This document shows positions 9,197-19,434 of a stretch of DNA of 64,000 nucleotides, in pieces. The position numbers and the translations under genes are program-made. The notes under the pieces are model-generated. The model saw nothing but the letters and a program-made list of their open reading frames with translations, did no database searches and was not told the origin of the DNA. The stretch's first letter is position 1; each line of letters starts with the position of its first letter. Source of the stretch: Bacteroidales bacterium (GTDB lineage: Bacteria; Bacteroidota; Bacteroidia; Bacteroidales; UBA4417); contig JBBQUX010000001.1 in assembly GCA_038212135.1 (NCBI GenBank), positions 13,734 through 77,733 on the forward strand, given 5' to 3'.

Positions 9197-12100
9197 TACC
9201 TCACCAGTAAAACCGTTCCCCGAAGCAAAGTCTTACTGAAGCCATCCGGTTTCGATTGATCGGCTAACTTATAGCTAATCACATACGTGTACAATCCGGG
9301 CAAAACATATTGTCCTTTTTGGGTGCCATCCCAGCCACTCTGATAATTGTTGGATTCAAAGATTAACTGGCCCCAACGGTTGTATATAGAGATAGAATAT
9401 TCAAGTAGCACGGTGTTACCGGTTACCGGTCTGAAAACTTCGTTTGTGCCGTCACCATTAGGCGAAAAAGCTGTGGGAATAAAAATGTTTTCCTCGCAGC
9501 GGACAAGTGCAGTTGTATCACTCACCACACATCCGCTAGCATCTGTAACTTTTACCCAATACTGGCCTTCGTCAATAGCTGACAATGAAGAAAGCACACT
9601 GCCGTCGCTCCACAGATAGGAACTGAATCCTGCACCAGTCTGAAGATTTTGCTGAGTTCCGGCACAAAAGTCTTTATCGGATGAAATCTGTATCTCAGGC
9701 GGAGTGTTTACTGTTATTCTTATGCTGTCAGCATCTGTACAACCCACTATATTTGTCGATACCAATTGGTAGTAGCCACTATCCGAAAGGACAACACCCG
9801 TCAATGATAAATTTTGGTTAACTACTTTTACGCCTTTAGGTGTCGTCCATTCATACAAAATTGCATCTCCGTTTGCGATGAGCGATATCTCACCGCTGGT
9901 ACACACATTTTGCATTCCGCTTATTCCTGCAAAATCAGCCGGTGCCAAAACAATGGTAATGGTATTTCCAGGAGCAGATTCGCAGGAACTTTCAGTGCAG
10001 GTAGCGGAAAAATCCGAATTTACTATAAGGCTTGTTGCAAGTGTATTCCCTGTTGAACCATCGCTCCAGGTTATTACTCCACTGCAGCCGTGGGCTGTTA
10101 ACATCGCTGTTTGCCCCGGGCAAACCGTATCGGCCGAAGTTGTTATAACAGGTGGTAATGGATTATCCGAAGCATCCACAACCGCATCAAAGGGTTCTGA
10201 CCTACAGCCATCGAGCTCAACTGTAATATTGTGATAAGTGTCGGGCTGGCATCCGGATATATGATACCATCCATTGGCAAGAGTGTTCCCTGAATGTGTA
10301 ACAGGGGTGACGCCGTATGTAAAATATGCGATATATTCCGTATCAGGATGTAATCCCATAAGTGTAATGATCCCGTCAGGAATGCAAAAAGATGTTGGAG
10401 GTGTAACAAAGTATCCTGATATTTCCGGACGAGGCTTTACAATTACTTCAACCTGTTCGCTGGGAGCAGATGTACAACCATTGAAAGTGCAGGTAGCAGT
10501 ATAATAAGTTGTTGCTAAAGGAGATACAGAATTGTTAGCACCTGTCGCCCCGTCGCTCCAGGTTACTGTGCCATTGCATCCAGTTGCTGACATTCCTGCT
10601 GACTCACCTGGACAAATTGAAAATGAATTCGAGAGAATAGTCGGTGCCGCAGTTGCTCCCGGATCATTCAGATTAACATCAAAAGGAACCGAAGAACATC
10701 CGTTGAGCGTAATATTTATAGTGCTGAAATTACCTGCTGAAAGAGAATCAATAATCAGAACTCCTGATCCATCGGATAATTTTGAAGTGCTCACCGGCAA
10801 TCCGTTAAAATTATAATCAACCTGGTACAAAGCCGATGCCATAAGACCACTAATCGAAATGGAACCATCAATGCCTCCGCAGACTGAAGGATTTAAAGAG
10901 GATGTATCCGAAACAGAAGGTACTGGGTTAACTGTAAGCGTAATTGGGTTTCCCTGAACAGTGCCAGTGCTTATGCACGAAGCATTTGATGTAAGCGTAC
11001 AGTTAATTACATCATTGTTTGCCAGTAAGTTATCGGTGTATGTTTGACTGTTAGCCCCAACATTTGAGCCGTTTTTTCCCCATTGATAAACAGGCATATT
11101 GCCGCCATTGCTGATTGTAGCAGTAAAGGTTACCAAATTCCCGGTGCACGAAGGGTCAATATCAGCTGAAACAGTAATGGTAGGATCTGTAATCGGATTA
11201 ACTGTCATCTTTATTTCATTCGAAGTGCCTTGTGGAGGGCTGGCACAGGATTCATTCGATGTTAATGTGCAGGTTATCAAATCATTGTTAGCCAGAGTAT
11301 TATCCGAATAGGTGGGGCTGTTTGTGCCAATGGGCAATCCGTTTTTCTTCCATTCATATACTGGGCTGGAACCGCCGTTGCTGCTGGTTGTCACAGAAAA
11401 ATCAACTGTGCTTCCAAAACATGAAGGGTTATTGCTTGCAGAGATTGTGATTGTTGGAACAAGGGATGAATTAACTGACATTGTTATGACCTGCGAAGAA
11501 ACCGGATTTGGCAGGGCGCAAGGGGAACTTGAACTTAATTCGACATAAACCTGGTCACCATCATCAGGTATATACGTATAAGTTGGCAGATTCGGAGCAC
11601 CGGCCTGGATGTTGTTCTTATACCAGATGTAATCCGGCGAAGTTCCTTGATTTACAGGTAATGCTGTTATTGTTACCGGATTGCCGGTACAAACCGGGTT
11701 ACTACTGGCTGAAATGGAAACGCCGGCAATTGAAACGGAGCTAACTGTAATATTTAAGATTACCGGATTGCCTGTACAACCGTTGGATGCTGTTTCCATT
11801 ACAGAAAGAACATAGTTCCCGGTGGTAGTCCAGGTTATGTTTATCAGATTCGTACTGGCTGTGTTCGTTATAAACCCTCCGCCTGAAAGCGACCAGACGT
11901 AAACAGAACCGGCTGCCGGAGGTTCAATGGTATAGGGATACATGTATCCGACGCAAACATCCTGAACCCCGGTGGCAATATTATTGATCTGGGGCGTATT
12001 TGGTCTGTTGTTCACAATTATTGTTGTACTATTCGTCGAACCAGGACAACCACCCGGGACGTTACTCACCGTTACTGAATAAGAACCTGCATTTACAGAT

Positions 12101-13947
12101 TGGGCATTAGTGACAGGCAGAGGATTCTGCAAAGTTGAGCTAAATCCATTGGGTCCGCTCCACAAATAGGTAGCCCCTGCAATACTGGATGTTAAATTTA
12201 TATTTTCTCCGCTACAAACAGGTGAATTGCTTCCTGCAATTACTGTAATATTGTTACTGAATTCTATCGAAACCTCATCGCTGCTCTCAGTACAGATTGT
12301 ACCGTTGGTAATTGTCCATCGTAATATATAAATTCCTGTAATAGTAGCGGTAAATGAAGTATTATAGAGTGACTGATTACCAAACGTATATGTACCGGGC
12401 CCTGAGACGAAACTCCATATTCCGGTACCTGTTGCCGGGTTATTGGCAGTCAGGTTAGTTGTTAATACCCCGCATTTCGATTGATCGGGACCGGCATCGG
12501 CAGTGGTTGGAGCAGGAGTAACTGTAATAGTTACATCCACACAACTGCTTGGCGAACATCCGGGACTTGTCCAGCGAACAAAATATGTGGTGGTAACGGC
12601 GGGAGAGAGGATACTTAAAACGTTGCCCACACCAACAGTAGTTCCTGTACAACTGCCCTCCAGCCATTCGAGGGTTGTTCCGCTTCCTCCTATTGCTGTT
12701 AAAGTTATATTCCCCGGATCATTTTCGCATAAAGAAACTGGATTTACTGATGCTGAAGTTGGTGGTGAAGGCGCAGAAGGACCGGTAGTTGCAGCTTCGG
12801 CATAAACTAGTTGATTGTAAGCCCGGCCACGGGCGGCATCATAATTATTTCCATGAGTATTATCATCGTTGTAGCGGAATACATAAACCTGGTAGTACAG
12901 ATTCTCACCACATGAAAGTGATATATTGTCAGTAAAAGAGGTTATTGACGAGGGTGTGATATTTGCAACAACGGTTGCTGATCCTATGATACTGCCGGAA
13001 GCGTATGAGGTTCCATCCGAAGGTGCTGTAAATGAATTTATTGTATTTCGTAAAATAATATATCCCTGAGTTCCATCCGAAGCATATGGGTCAACACTGG
13101 TATTCCAGCTTAATGTAACCTGAGTGAAGCCTCCGTTGGGGGTGGCTGTAAGAGTTGGGGTTGACCATACTGGTTGTCGGGTCTGGTACCAGAAATCTTT
13201 ATTTTGAAAAGACCAGGCTGTGTTGCTGTTGGGCAAACCAAATGAAACCAGAGGTGAATTACTCAGTCCGGTGGCCATACTTGTCCAATTTGTGCCGGAT
13301 AAAGGAGTAAGTGTACCATAGGATGCAAGGTTAGTTCCAGGGACTATAAAAACTGCCGAATTTGCCGCAAGATTTGCCGTATGGTTCAGTTTTGGACCTG
13401 AAATTGAATTAAAAGACCCGGCCGCAGGCACTGCTATTATATGACCGAGGGCATGTACATGATTTCCACTCGCATTTTTCAGTTGTAATAAATCTCCTGC
13501 CCCCGCAATAACTAGTGTTTGATTTGAAGTAGTAAAGTCACCACCACTAAAATAGGTTAAATTATTGGCCGCCAATTCAATATATCCATCATTTGGATTG
13601 ATATCTTGTACATAATTATTGCCGATAGCATCTTTACTTCTATGCCAGATCAATATAATTGTTCCTGCGCGCATATGTTCCCAAAAAGGAATATTTTTAA
13701 ATATTATTGGTGTTTGCCACGACAATTGAACCGAATTATTATCTCCCAATGTCCAATTCCTCATATCAAGATTATCCTGAATGACCAATAGTTCTGTCCA
13801 TTCTTCACTTTGGGTGCTGGTAGTATTGAAAGAAGAATTAAAATAGCTGCTCACCACTGCCTCCTGCGCCTTTAAAGAAGTCAAAAAAACTAAGAATATG
13901 AAGAAAACTAATATCAATTGTCGGCTCAAGCCAAATCCTCTCCTCAT
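9196..13947 (-). CDS. giant cell-surface adhesin-like protein with T9SS type B (gliding-motility-associated) C-terminal sorting domain
   Basis: Start taken at MRRGFGLSRQLILVFFIFLVFLTSLKAQE (signal peptide). The body has many Cys-containing Ig-like modules, including three tandem repeats of about 85 aa and two copies of a CPG...GC.G.(V/I)TWSDG module. The C-terminus IFIPTAFSPNGDGTNEVFRPV...NRWGQLIFES...GWDGT matches the type B sorting domain. Confidence 0.85.
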   Translation of the reverse strand: MRRGFGLSRQLILVFFIFLVFLTSLKAQEAVVSSYFNSSFNTTSTQSEEWTELLVIQDNLDMRNWTLGDNNSVQLSWQTPIIFKNIPFWEHMRAGTIILIWHRSKDAIGNNYVQDINPNDGYIELAANNLTYFSGGDFTTSNQTLVIAGAGDLLQLKNASGNHVHALGHIIAVPAAGSFNSISGPKLNHTANLAANSAVFIVPGTNLASYGTLTPLSGTNWTSMATGLSNSPLVSFGLPNSNTAWSFQNKDFWYQTRQPVWSTPTLTATPNGGFTQVTLSWNTSVDPYASDGTQGYIILRNTINSFTAPSDGTSYASGSIIGSATVVANITPSSITSFTDNISLSCGENLYYQVYVFRYNDDNTHGNNYDAARGRAYNQLVYAEAATTGPSAPSPPTSASVNPVSLCENDPGNITLTAIGGSGTTLEWLEGSCTGTTVGVGNVLSILSPAVTTTYFVRWTSPGCSPSSCVDVTITVTPAPTTADAGPDQSKCGVLTTNLTANNPATGTGIWSFVSGPGTYTFGNQSLYNTSFTATITGIYILRWTITNGTICTESSDEVSIEFSNNITVIAGSNSPVCSGENINLTSSIAGATYLWSGPNGFSSTLQNPLPVTNAQSVNAGSYSVTVSNVPGGCPGSTNSTTIIVNNRPNTPQINNIATGVQDVCVGYMYPYTIEPPAAGSVYVWSLSGGGFITNTASTNLINITWTTTGNYVLSVMETASNGCTGNPVILNITVSSVSIAGVSISASSNPVCTGNPVTITALPVNQGTSPDYIWYKNNIQAGAPNLPTYTYIPDDGDQVYVELSSSSPCALPNPVSSQVITMSVNSSLVPTITISASNNPSCFGSTVDFSVTTSSNGGSSPVYEWKKNGLPIGTNSPTYSDNTLANNDLITCTLTSNESCASPPQGTSNEIKMTVNPITDPTITVSADIDPSCTGNLVTFTATISNGGNMPVYQWGKNGSNVGANSQTYTDNLLANNDVINCTLTSNASCISTGTVQGNPITLTVNPVPSVSDTSSLNPSVCGGIDGSISISGLMASALYQVDYNFNGLPVSTSKLSDGSGVLIIDSLSAGNFSTINITLNGCSSVPFDVNLNDPGATAAPTILSNSFSICPGESAGMSATGCNGTVTWSDGATGANNSVSPLATTYYTATCTFNGCTSAPSEQVEVIVKPRPEISGYFVTPPTSFCIPDGIITLMGLHPDTEYIAYFTYGVTPVTHSGNTLANGWYHISGCQPDTYHNITVELDGCRSEPFDAVVDASDNPLPPVITTSADTVCPGQTAMLTAHGCSGVITWSDGSTGNTLATSLIVNSDFSATCTESSCESAPGNTITIVLAPADFAGISGMQNVCTSGEISLIANGDAILYEWTTPKGVKVVNQNLSLTGVVLSDSGYYQLVSTNIVGCTDADSIRITVNTPPEIQISSDKDFCAGTQQNLQTGAGFSSYLWSDGSVLSSLSAIDEGQYWVKVTDASGCVVSDTTALVRCEENIFIPTAFSPNGDGTNEVFRPVTGNTVLLEYSISIYNRWGQLIFESNNYQSGWDGTQKGQYVLPGLYTYVISYKLADQSKPDGFSKTLLRGTVLLVR

Positions 13948-14422
13948 CGGAGCGAATTGTAAGCAAGAATGCACAAACCAACGCATAGTAATGATGATTT
14001 TTATCTTGTGAAAGAAAACTCTGATTAAGGTTATTTCATTTTCTGAAATTCAGCTGTTCACCTATGAAAACACCTTATTTAATATAGCAAAAATAGATAA
14101 ACTATCTTATTAATTTATAGCGTCACCTTTAATTCAGGATAAGTTGGTTTAGTGGGTTTTATATAATGCACTATAACAGGTATTTACGCCGATTTGGTAA
14201 TCTGGATTACTTCTATCTTTTTCTTATTTCTCATAATGTGTTGCGCTCAGGGCCTTTCCCTGCATTATCTGATGAAAAAACTCTGCCGTTCTGTTCATAG
14301 TAAATTCCGGGGTAAACTGGTTGGGCTGATGTTCTCCGTTTTCTTTCAGATAAATGAAGATAGTTGCATTTTAAGTGCAGAACGCTATGTTAAATGAATT
14401 TCGGATCAGATATTCTACGATG

Positions 14423-15328
14423 TTATTTTTCCTCCACTTTCTCGCTCAGCGATTTAAATCCTTTTCCAAGAATTTCATAAGCATCAAGCACAGCTATAAA
14501 AGCCTCCGGGTCAATCCGGTGCACATACTCCTCAAGCATATACAATTCGCGAGGGCTTACAACGGTGAAAATAATCTGCTTGCTTTTATGGTTATACATG
14601 CCTTCGCCATGCAGGAAAGTGCCACCGCGTTTCAGGTCACTTAAAATTGTATCGCGGATGTCATCGTGTTTATCCGAGATAATAAAAAGTGTTTTGTCGT
14701 ACGAAAAGCCATGCATGGCAGTATCAATCACACGGCCGATCACAAAAATGGTAATCCAGCTGAAAAGCGGGATGCGCCAGTCACCGAAAGCCAAATAGCT
14801 GAGCACAACAATGGATGAATCAACCATCATCATCAGTTGCCCCAATGGCATGCGGGTATATTTTTGCAGTATCATTGCTATTACATCCGAACCTCCGCTT
14901 GTAGCTTTGGCTTTAAAAGTGAATGCAACACCAACTCCAATAAGTAGTCCGCCGAATATGCATGAAACCAGCGGCTCACCCGGCACCAGTGGCAAAGAAC
15001 CATAGAAGTATGATAAGGTATCGACATACACCGATGTAAGTACAAATGCAACTACAGTTTTAACACCAAAGCGGGGGCCCAGTATCCGTGTTCCGATAAT
15101 TGTAAGAGGAATATTAAATGCCAGGGCTGTCAATCCGATGGGAGTTCCCAAAAGGTGATGCAGCATAATGGAGATGCCGTAAATGCCTCCGGGTACAATT
15201 TTATCGGGACTGATAAACAAAACATATCCAGCGGCAACCAGTAAGGTGCCAAAGGCAATAAGTGCATAGGATTTGAACCATCTGGCCGAAAACAGCTTTT
15301 CCTTTTGAAAAATCGATCGTTGAACCAT
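14423..15328 (-). CDS. YitT-family membrane protein (DUF2179 C-terminal domain)
   Basis: 301 aa with five or six TM helices. Contains PGGIYGISIMLHH and ATSGGSDVIAMIL motifs and the C-terminal RGGTFLHGEGMY...AFIAVLDAYEILGKGF domain. Confidence 0.8.
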   Translation of the reverse strand: MVQRSIFQKEKLFSARWFKSYALIAFGTLLVAAGYVLFISPDKIVPGGIYGISIMLHHLLGTPIGLTALAFNIPLTIIGTRILGPRFGVKTVVAFVLTSVYVDTLSYFYGSLPLVPGEPLVSCIFGGLLIGVGVAFTFKAKATSGGSDVIAMILQKYTRMPLGQLMMMVDSSIVVLSYLAFGDWRIPLFSWITIFVIGRVIDTAMHGFSYDKTLFIISDKHDDIRDTILSDLKRGGTFLHGEGMYNHKSKQIIFTVVSPRELYMLEEYVHRIDPEAFIAVLDAYEILGKGFKSLSEKVEEK

Positions 15329-15386
15329 TATTGCAATTTCATTTGTGCGAAGAAAACTTTGAAACTATTCATGCTCTTCAAACCAT

Positions 15387-16304
15387 TTACTCTGTCAGTT
15401 TTTCTCTCAGCGATTTAAATCCCTCTCCAAGTATCTCATTGGCTTCGAGAACGGTTAAAAAGGCAGTAGGATCAATTTCGTGGATATATTCTTCTAAAAG
15501 AGCCATTTCCCTTCGGTTAACAACGGTAAAGATAATGGTTTTGTCGGAGCCGTTATACATGCCTTTGCCCGGGATGTAAGTGCCTCCGCGGTTCAGGTCG
15601 TTAATAATACGGTCGCGTATCTGCTCGAATTTGTCGGATATTATAAACAGAGTTTTGTCAACACTCATACCTTGCAGCACAATATCAATTGTTTTTCCTG
15701 TGATATATATTACGATCCACGAATATAAAGGTATCTTCCAATCGGCAAACACAAGTAATCCGATCAATACAATTGCCGAGTCAACATAAATCATTAACTG
15801 TCCGAGTGGCATTTTTGTGTATCTTGCAATAATCATGGCCACAATATCCGATCCGCCCGAGGTAGCTTTTGATTTAAATATCAAACCAAGTCCGAGTCCG
15901 ATCAGTACACCGCCAAATACGGATGAAAGAAGCGCATCACCGGCAACAAGCGGGGCTTCTCCAAACAAATAAGTAATTGCATCCATAAAAACCGAAGTCA
16001 ACACAAAACCAACAACAGTTTTAACGCCAAACCGGGGACCAAGTATCCTGATACCTATTATAGTAAGCGGAATATTCATTATCAATCCCATCAGTCCGAT
16101 CGGAAGTCCGGTTGGTGCCCATTTAAAAACTCCTTCAGTAAGGTAATGTATCACAATGGCTATGCCATATACACCCCCCGGCACGATTTTATACGGGGAA
16201 ATAAAAAATACAAAACCCGCCGCCAGTATTATTGACCCGATTACAATAAGGCTGTAGCTTATAAACCATTTTTTTGAAAAGATTTTTTCCTGTCGAAAGT
16301 CCAT
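15387..16304 (-). CDS. YitT-family membrane protein (paralog of 14423-15328)
   Basis: 305 aa, colinear with its neighbour and very similar (ILGPRFGVKTVV.FVLTS, KATSGGSD..AMI, RGGT...G.GMY). Confidence 0.8.
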   Translation of the reverse strand: MDFRQEKIFSKKWFISYSLIVIGSIILAAGFVFFISPYKIVPGGVYGIAIVIHYLTEGVFKWAPTGLPIGLMGLIMNIPLTIIGIRILGPRFGVKTVVGFVLTSVFMDAITYLFGEAPLVAGDALLSSVFGGVLIGLGLGLIFKSKATSGGSDIVAMIIARYTKMPLGQLMIYVDSAIVLIGLLVFADWKIPLYSWIVIYITGKTIDIVLQGMSVDKTLFIISDKFEQIRDRIINDLNRGGTYIPGKGMYNGSDKTIIFTVVNRREMALLEEYIHEIDPTAFLTVLEANEILGEGFKSLREKLTE

Positions 16305-16805
16305 AAAATCAGTATTATAACAATATTTTTTAGTATTTTTTTTGGAGGGTGCGAATTTCGGGAGATATTTTGAGATACCACTATAAAACTGAATTAATTT
16401 ATAAGGATTATTTCATGCTTGCGATTTATATGCTATGCAATTTATTCGTTTTGCCATATGAAAGCCACAGAGCAAGCAGAAAGAGCAAAGGTTGAAAGGG
16501 ACTCAATAATCATCAATGCCGGGCACTGACAAAAAATATAGAGATATAGCATGTAAAGCAGGAGACTTTTCATCCTGAATTAGTTTAACAGGATTAATTT
16601 TACTATCACAAGTCTGATACTAAAATGCTACCCGGTAGCCCGGATATCTTCGCAATAAATTGAGAATGGCAACGTTATAGCCTTTATGATCATGTACTCA
16701 ACATGTTTCGGTTCAAAACTTATCAAAACTAATTGAATCATTTTATCAGAGAGTAGTTGCCTAAACCCATTTTTTATTACTTTAGCACGTTTTTTCAGCA
16801 CACTT

Positions 16806-17759
16806 ATGTATTTGGTATTTATGCGCGCAATCCTGTTGGTTTTTATATTTTCGGCCATTTCTATGGGGCTCAGGGCGCAGCAGGATCCACAGTTTACGCA
16901 TAATATGTTTAATAATGCTTTTGTAAATCCTGGTTCATACGGGTTAAGCGATGGTATTACCGTTACCGGCATATTCCGCGAGCAATGGCTTGGTTTTAAG
17001 GACTATAACAACGAAAAGGTTGCCCCGGAAACTCTATTGGTAACAGCTGATTCACCTCTGAAGTTTCTTCATGGCGGGGTAGGGTTGGGCATTGCACAGG
17101 ATAAAGAGGCACAAATAAAAAATATGCTGGTGAAATTGGGTTATGCCTATCACTTAAATCTGGGCAATGCAAAGCTTGGTATTGGTATTAACGCAAATTT
17201 TAATAATAAATCAATCAATAAGGAAAAACTTAACCCCATCGATGAAAGCGATCCGGTAATTGCCGGACTTTCGGCTGATGGAGTGATGATAACCGATATG
17301 TCGGTAGGTGTCTTTTTACAAAAACCACGTTACTACGTAGCATTTTCTTCAACCCAGATACTTGAAACTACCAAGTCATCAGGCGAAGGTGTGGGCTTTT
17401 ACCAGAACAAGCGTCATTATTATGTTACCGGGGGGCATGATATAACACTTCCGGCATTCCAGGGATATGTTTTTACTCCTTCTGTTTTTCTGAAATCTGA
17501 TATGAATACTATCCAGGCTGATATTAATTTAATGGCCCGGTACAATAATAAGATTTGGGGAGGGTTATCATACCGTATCAACGATGCAGTTTCACTTATG
17601 ATCGGGATGGCATACAAAGATCTGGAAATAGGCTATTCATACGACATCCCTACAAGCCAGATAGCGGCAACAGGAAGTCACGAGATTATGGCCCGCTACA
17701 GGTTTAAACTGGAGAGAGACAAAACACGGACAGGATATCGTAATACGCGCTATCTCTGA
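16806..17759 (+). CDS. porP: PorP/SprF-family T9SS outer-membrane protein
   Basis: Signal peptide followed by AQQDPQFTHNMFNNAFVNPGSYG, the characteristic PorP/SprF N-terminus. Beta-strand-rich. Lies immediately upstream of gldK. Confidence 0.8.
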   Translation: MYLVFMRAILLVFIFSAISMGLRAQQDPQFTHNMFNNAFVNPGSYGLSDGITVTGIFREQWLGFKDYNNEKVAPETLLVTADSPLKFLHGGVGLGIAQDKEAQIKNMLVKLGYAYHLNLGNAKLGIGINANFNNKSINKEKLNPIDESDPVIAGLSADGVMITDMSVGVFLQKPRYYVAFSSTQILETTKSSGEGVGFYQNKRHYYVTGGHDITLPAFQGYVFTPSVFLKSDMNTIQADINLMARYNNKIWGGLSYRINDAVSLMIGMAYKDLEIGYSYDIPTSQIAATGSHEIMARYRFKLERDKTRTGYRNTRYL

Positions 17760-17984
17760 TGAATAAGCTTAAGAAATTCAGGTTCTTAGTGAAAATATTT
17801 ACAAACCTGGATAATAAAGAACATAACTTGTCGTTAATTGCATACTGAAATGAGGTCAACAAGTGCCGGAAGGCTTGTTAATTATAGCGTTTGATTATTT
17901 AACCTATAACCGACAATTTTCTTAAGGAATGCCGGATTTAACATTTCAACGGGCTAAAATTGACTCACACCAAACAACACAGCA

Positions 17985-19343
17985 ATGAAAAAACTGCTTT
18001 GCATTTCTCTGATTGCAATACTTTTTGCCAGTTGCCGCAATAGCGGCAATGGAGAACTGATAGGGGTTCAAAACAGAGAGAAGTTCTATCAGCCCGATCC
18101 TTTCGGGATGGCATACGTGCCTATGGGAAGCTATACAATGGGTTCCGGGGACCAGGATGTGCCTTATGCGCATCTTAACAATCCCAGGACTATCACTGTT
18201 ACTGCATTCTATATGGACGAAACCGAAATCACCAATAACGAGTACCGACAGTTCGTTTATTGGGTAAAAGATTCGATCGCCCGCCGTATGCTTGGTGAAA
18301 TCAATGCTGAGCAGTTCCTTATTTCGGAAAATAAAAAAACCGGCGAAGTATATGATCCTCCTTATCTGAACTGGGATGCCGAAATAAAATGGGAAACCGA
18401 AGAAAACCGTGACGCGCTGGAACCCATGTTCCTGCCCGAAAATGAACGATACTACCGGAAGAAAGAAATTGATACCCGTAAATTATTTTACGAATACTAC
18501 TTCATTGATCTGCTTGCAGCTTCGAAGAAAGATTATTCACAGCCTGGTGATTCGAAGAATGCAAACTTTGCAAACCGCCCTCAGGGGATGAAAGATCGTT
18601 CAGTATATGTTCGCAAAGAGGTTATTAATGTTTACCCCGATACACTTGCATGGCTGCACGATTATGCCTATAGCTACAACGACCCCGTCGCACAGAGGTA
18701 TTTCTGGCACCCTGCTTACGATAACTATCCGGTAATTGGTGTCAACTGGAAACAGGCCACCGCCTTCTGTGTTTGGCGTACCCGTTTTCTCGAATCATTC
18801 CTGATGCGTAAAAAAACAGCTGTTCCCAATGAATTCAGGCTTCCTACCGAAGCTGAATGGGAATGGGCCGCCCGTGGCGGAAATTCTTTAAGCCCTTACC
18901 CCTGGGGTGGACCTTATACCCGAAACGATAAAGGATGTTTCCTGGCTAACTTCAAACCCTTACGTGGTAACTATATTGATGATGGAGGTGCCCGAACAGT
19001 TATTGTAGCTCATTATCCTGCCAACGATTTCGGACTATATGACATGTCGGGTAACGTTTCCGAATGGTGTGCCGATGCTTACGACGAATCAGCAAACCAG
19101 TTCACCTGGGACATGAACCCCACCTATTTATATAATGCCAAGGAAGATGATTCGCCCTTGCTGAAGCGTAAACTTGTTCGCGGCGGATCATGGAAAGATA
19201 TTGCCTATTATCTTCAGGTTTCAACACGTGCGTATGAATACCAGGACTCATCGAAATGTTATATAGGATTCCGTTGTGTTCAGGATTTTATGGGACGTCA
19301 GAAGGATGATAACCCTGCACGCGCCTCAAGAATTTATAACTAG
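17985..19343 (+). CDS. gldK: T9SS lipoprotein GldK/PorK (FGE-sulfatase/SUMF1 fold)
   Basis: Lipobox LFASC, then GELIGVQNREKFYQPDPFGMAYVPMGSYTMG and the FGE-type motifs RLPTEAEWEWAARGG and RGGSW. Confidence 0.9.
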   Translation: MKKLLCISLIAILFASCRNSGNGELIGVQNREKFYQPDPFGMAYVPMGSYTMGSGDQDVPYAHLNNPRTITVTAFYMDETEITNNEYRQFVYWVKDSIARRMLGEINAEQFLISENKKTGEVYDPPYLNWDAEIKWETEENRDALEPMFLPENERYYRKKEIDTRKLFYEYYFIDLLAASKKDYSQPGDSKNANFANRPQGMKDRSVYVRKEVINVYPDTLAWLHDYAYSYNDPVAQRYFWHPAYDNYPVIGVNWKQATAFCVWRTRFLESFLMRKKTAVPNEFRLPTEAEWEWAARGGNSLSPYPWGGPYTRNDKGCFLANFKPLRGNYIDDGGARTVIVAHYPANDFGLYDMSGNVSEWCADAYDESANQFTWDMNPTYLYNAKEDDSPLLKRKLVRGGSWKDIAYYLQVSTRAYEYQDSSKCYIGFRCVQDFMGRQKDDNPARASRIYN

Positions 19344-19434
19344 TCTGAATTAAAAAAAAGCAGTTACTTTTTAAAAAAAAGTTCATTAACTATTAAATCT
19401 AAATCATTAATCAATAATAAAATTAATTCACATC

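Noticed and set aside
9059-9259. 66-aa Pro-rich ORF (..PPCPSPPFFLPSPIPLVPLSPCLPVSHSP..).
   Set aside because: It is a translation of the C-rich low-complexity tract and overlaps the end of the adhesin gene. It is not a credible gene.
14224-14370. Reverse-strand fragment ..IFIYLKENGEHQPNQFTPEFTMNRTAEFFHQIMQGKALSATHYEK* in the 475-bp gap upstream of the adhesin gene, looking like the C-terminus of a hydrolase-type protein.
   Set aside because: It has no start codon and an upstream in-frame stop, spans only about 48 codons, and carries no diagnostic motif. It may be a gene remnant but cannot be supported.
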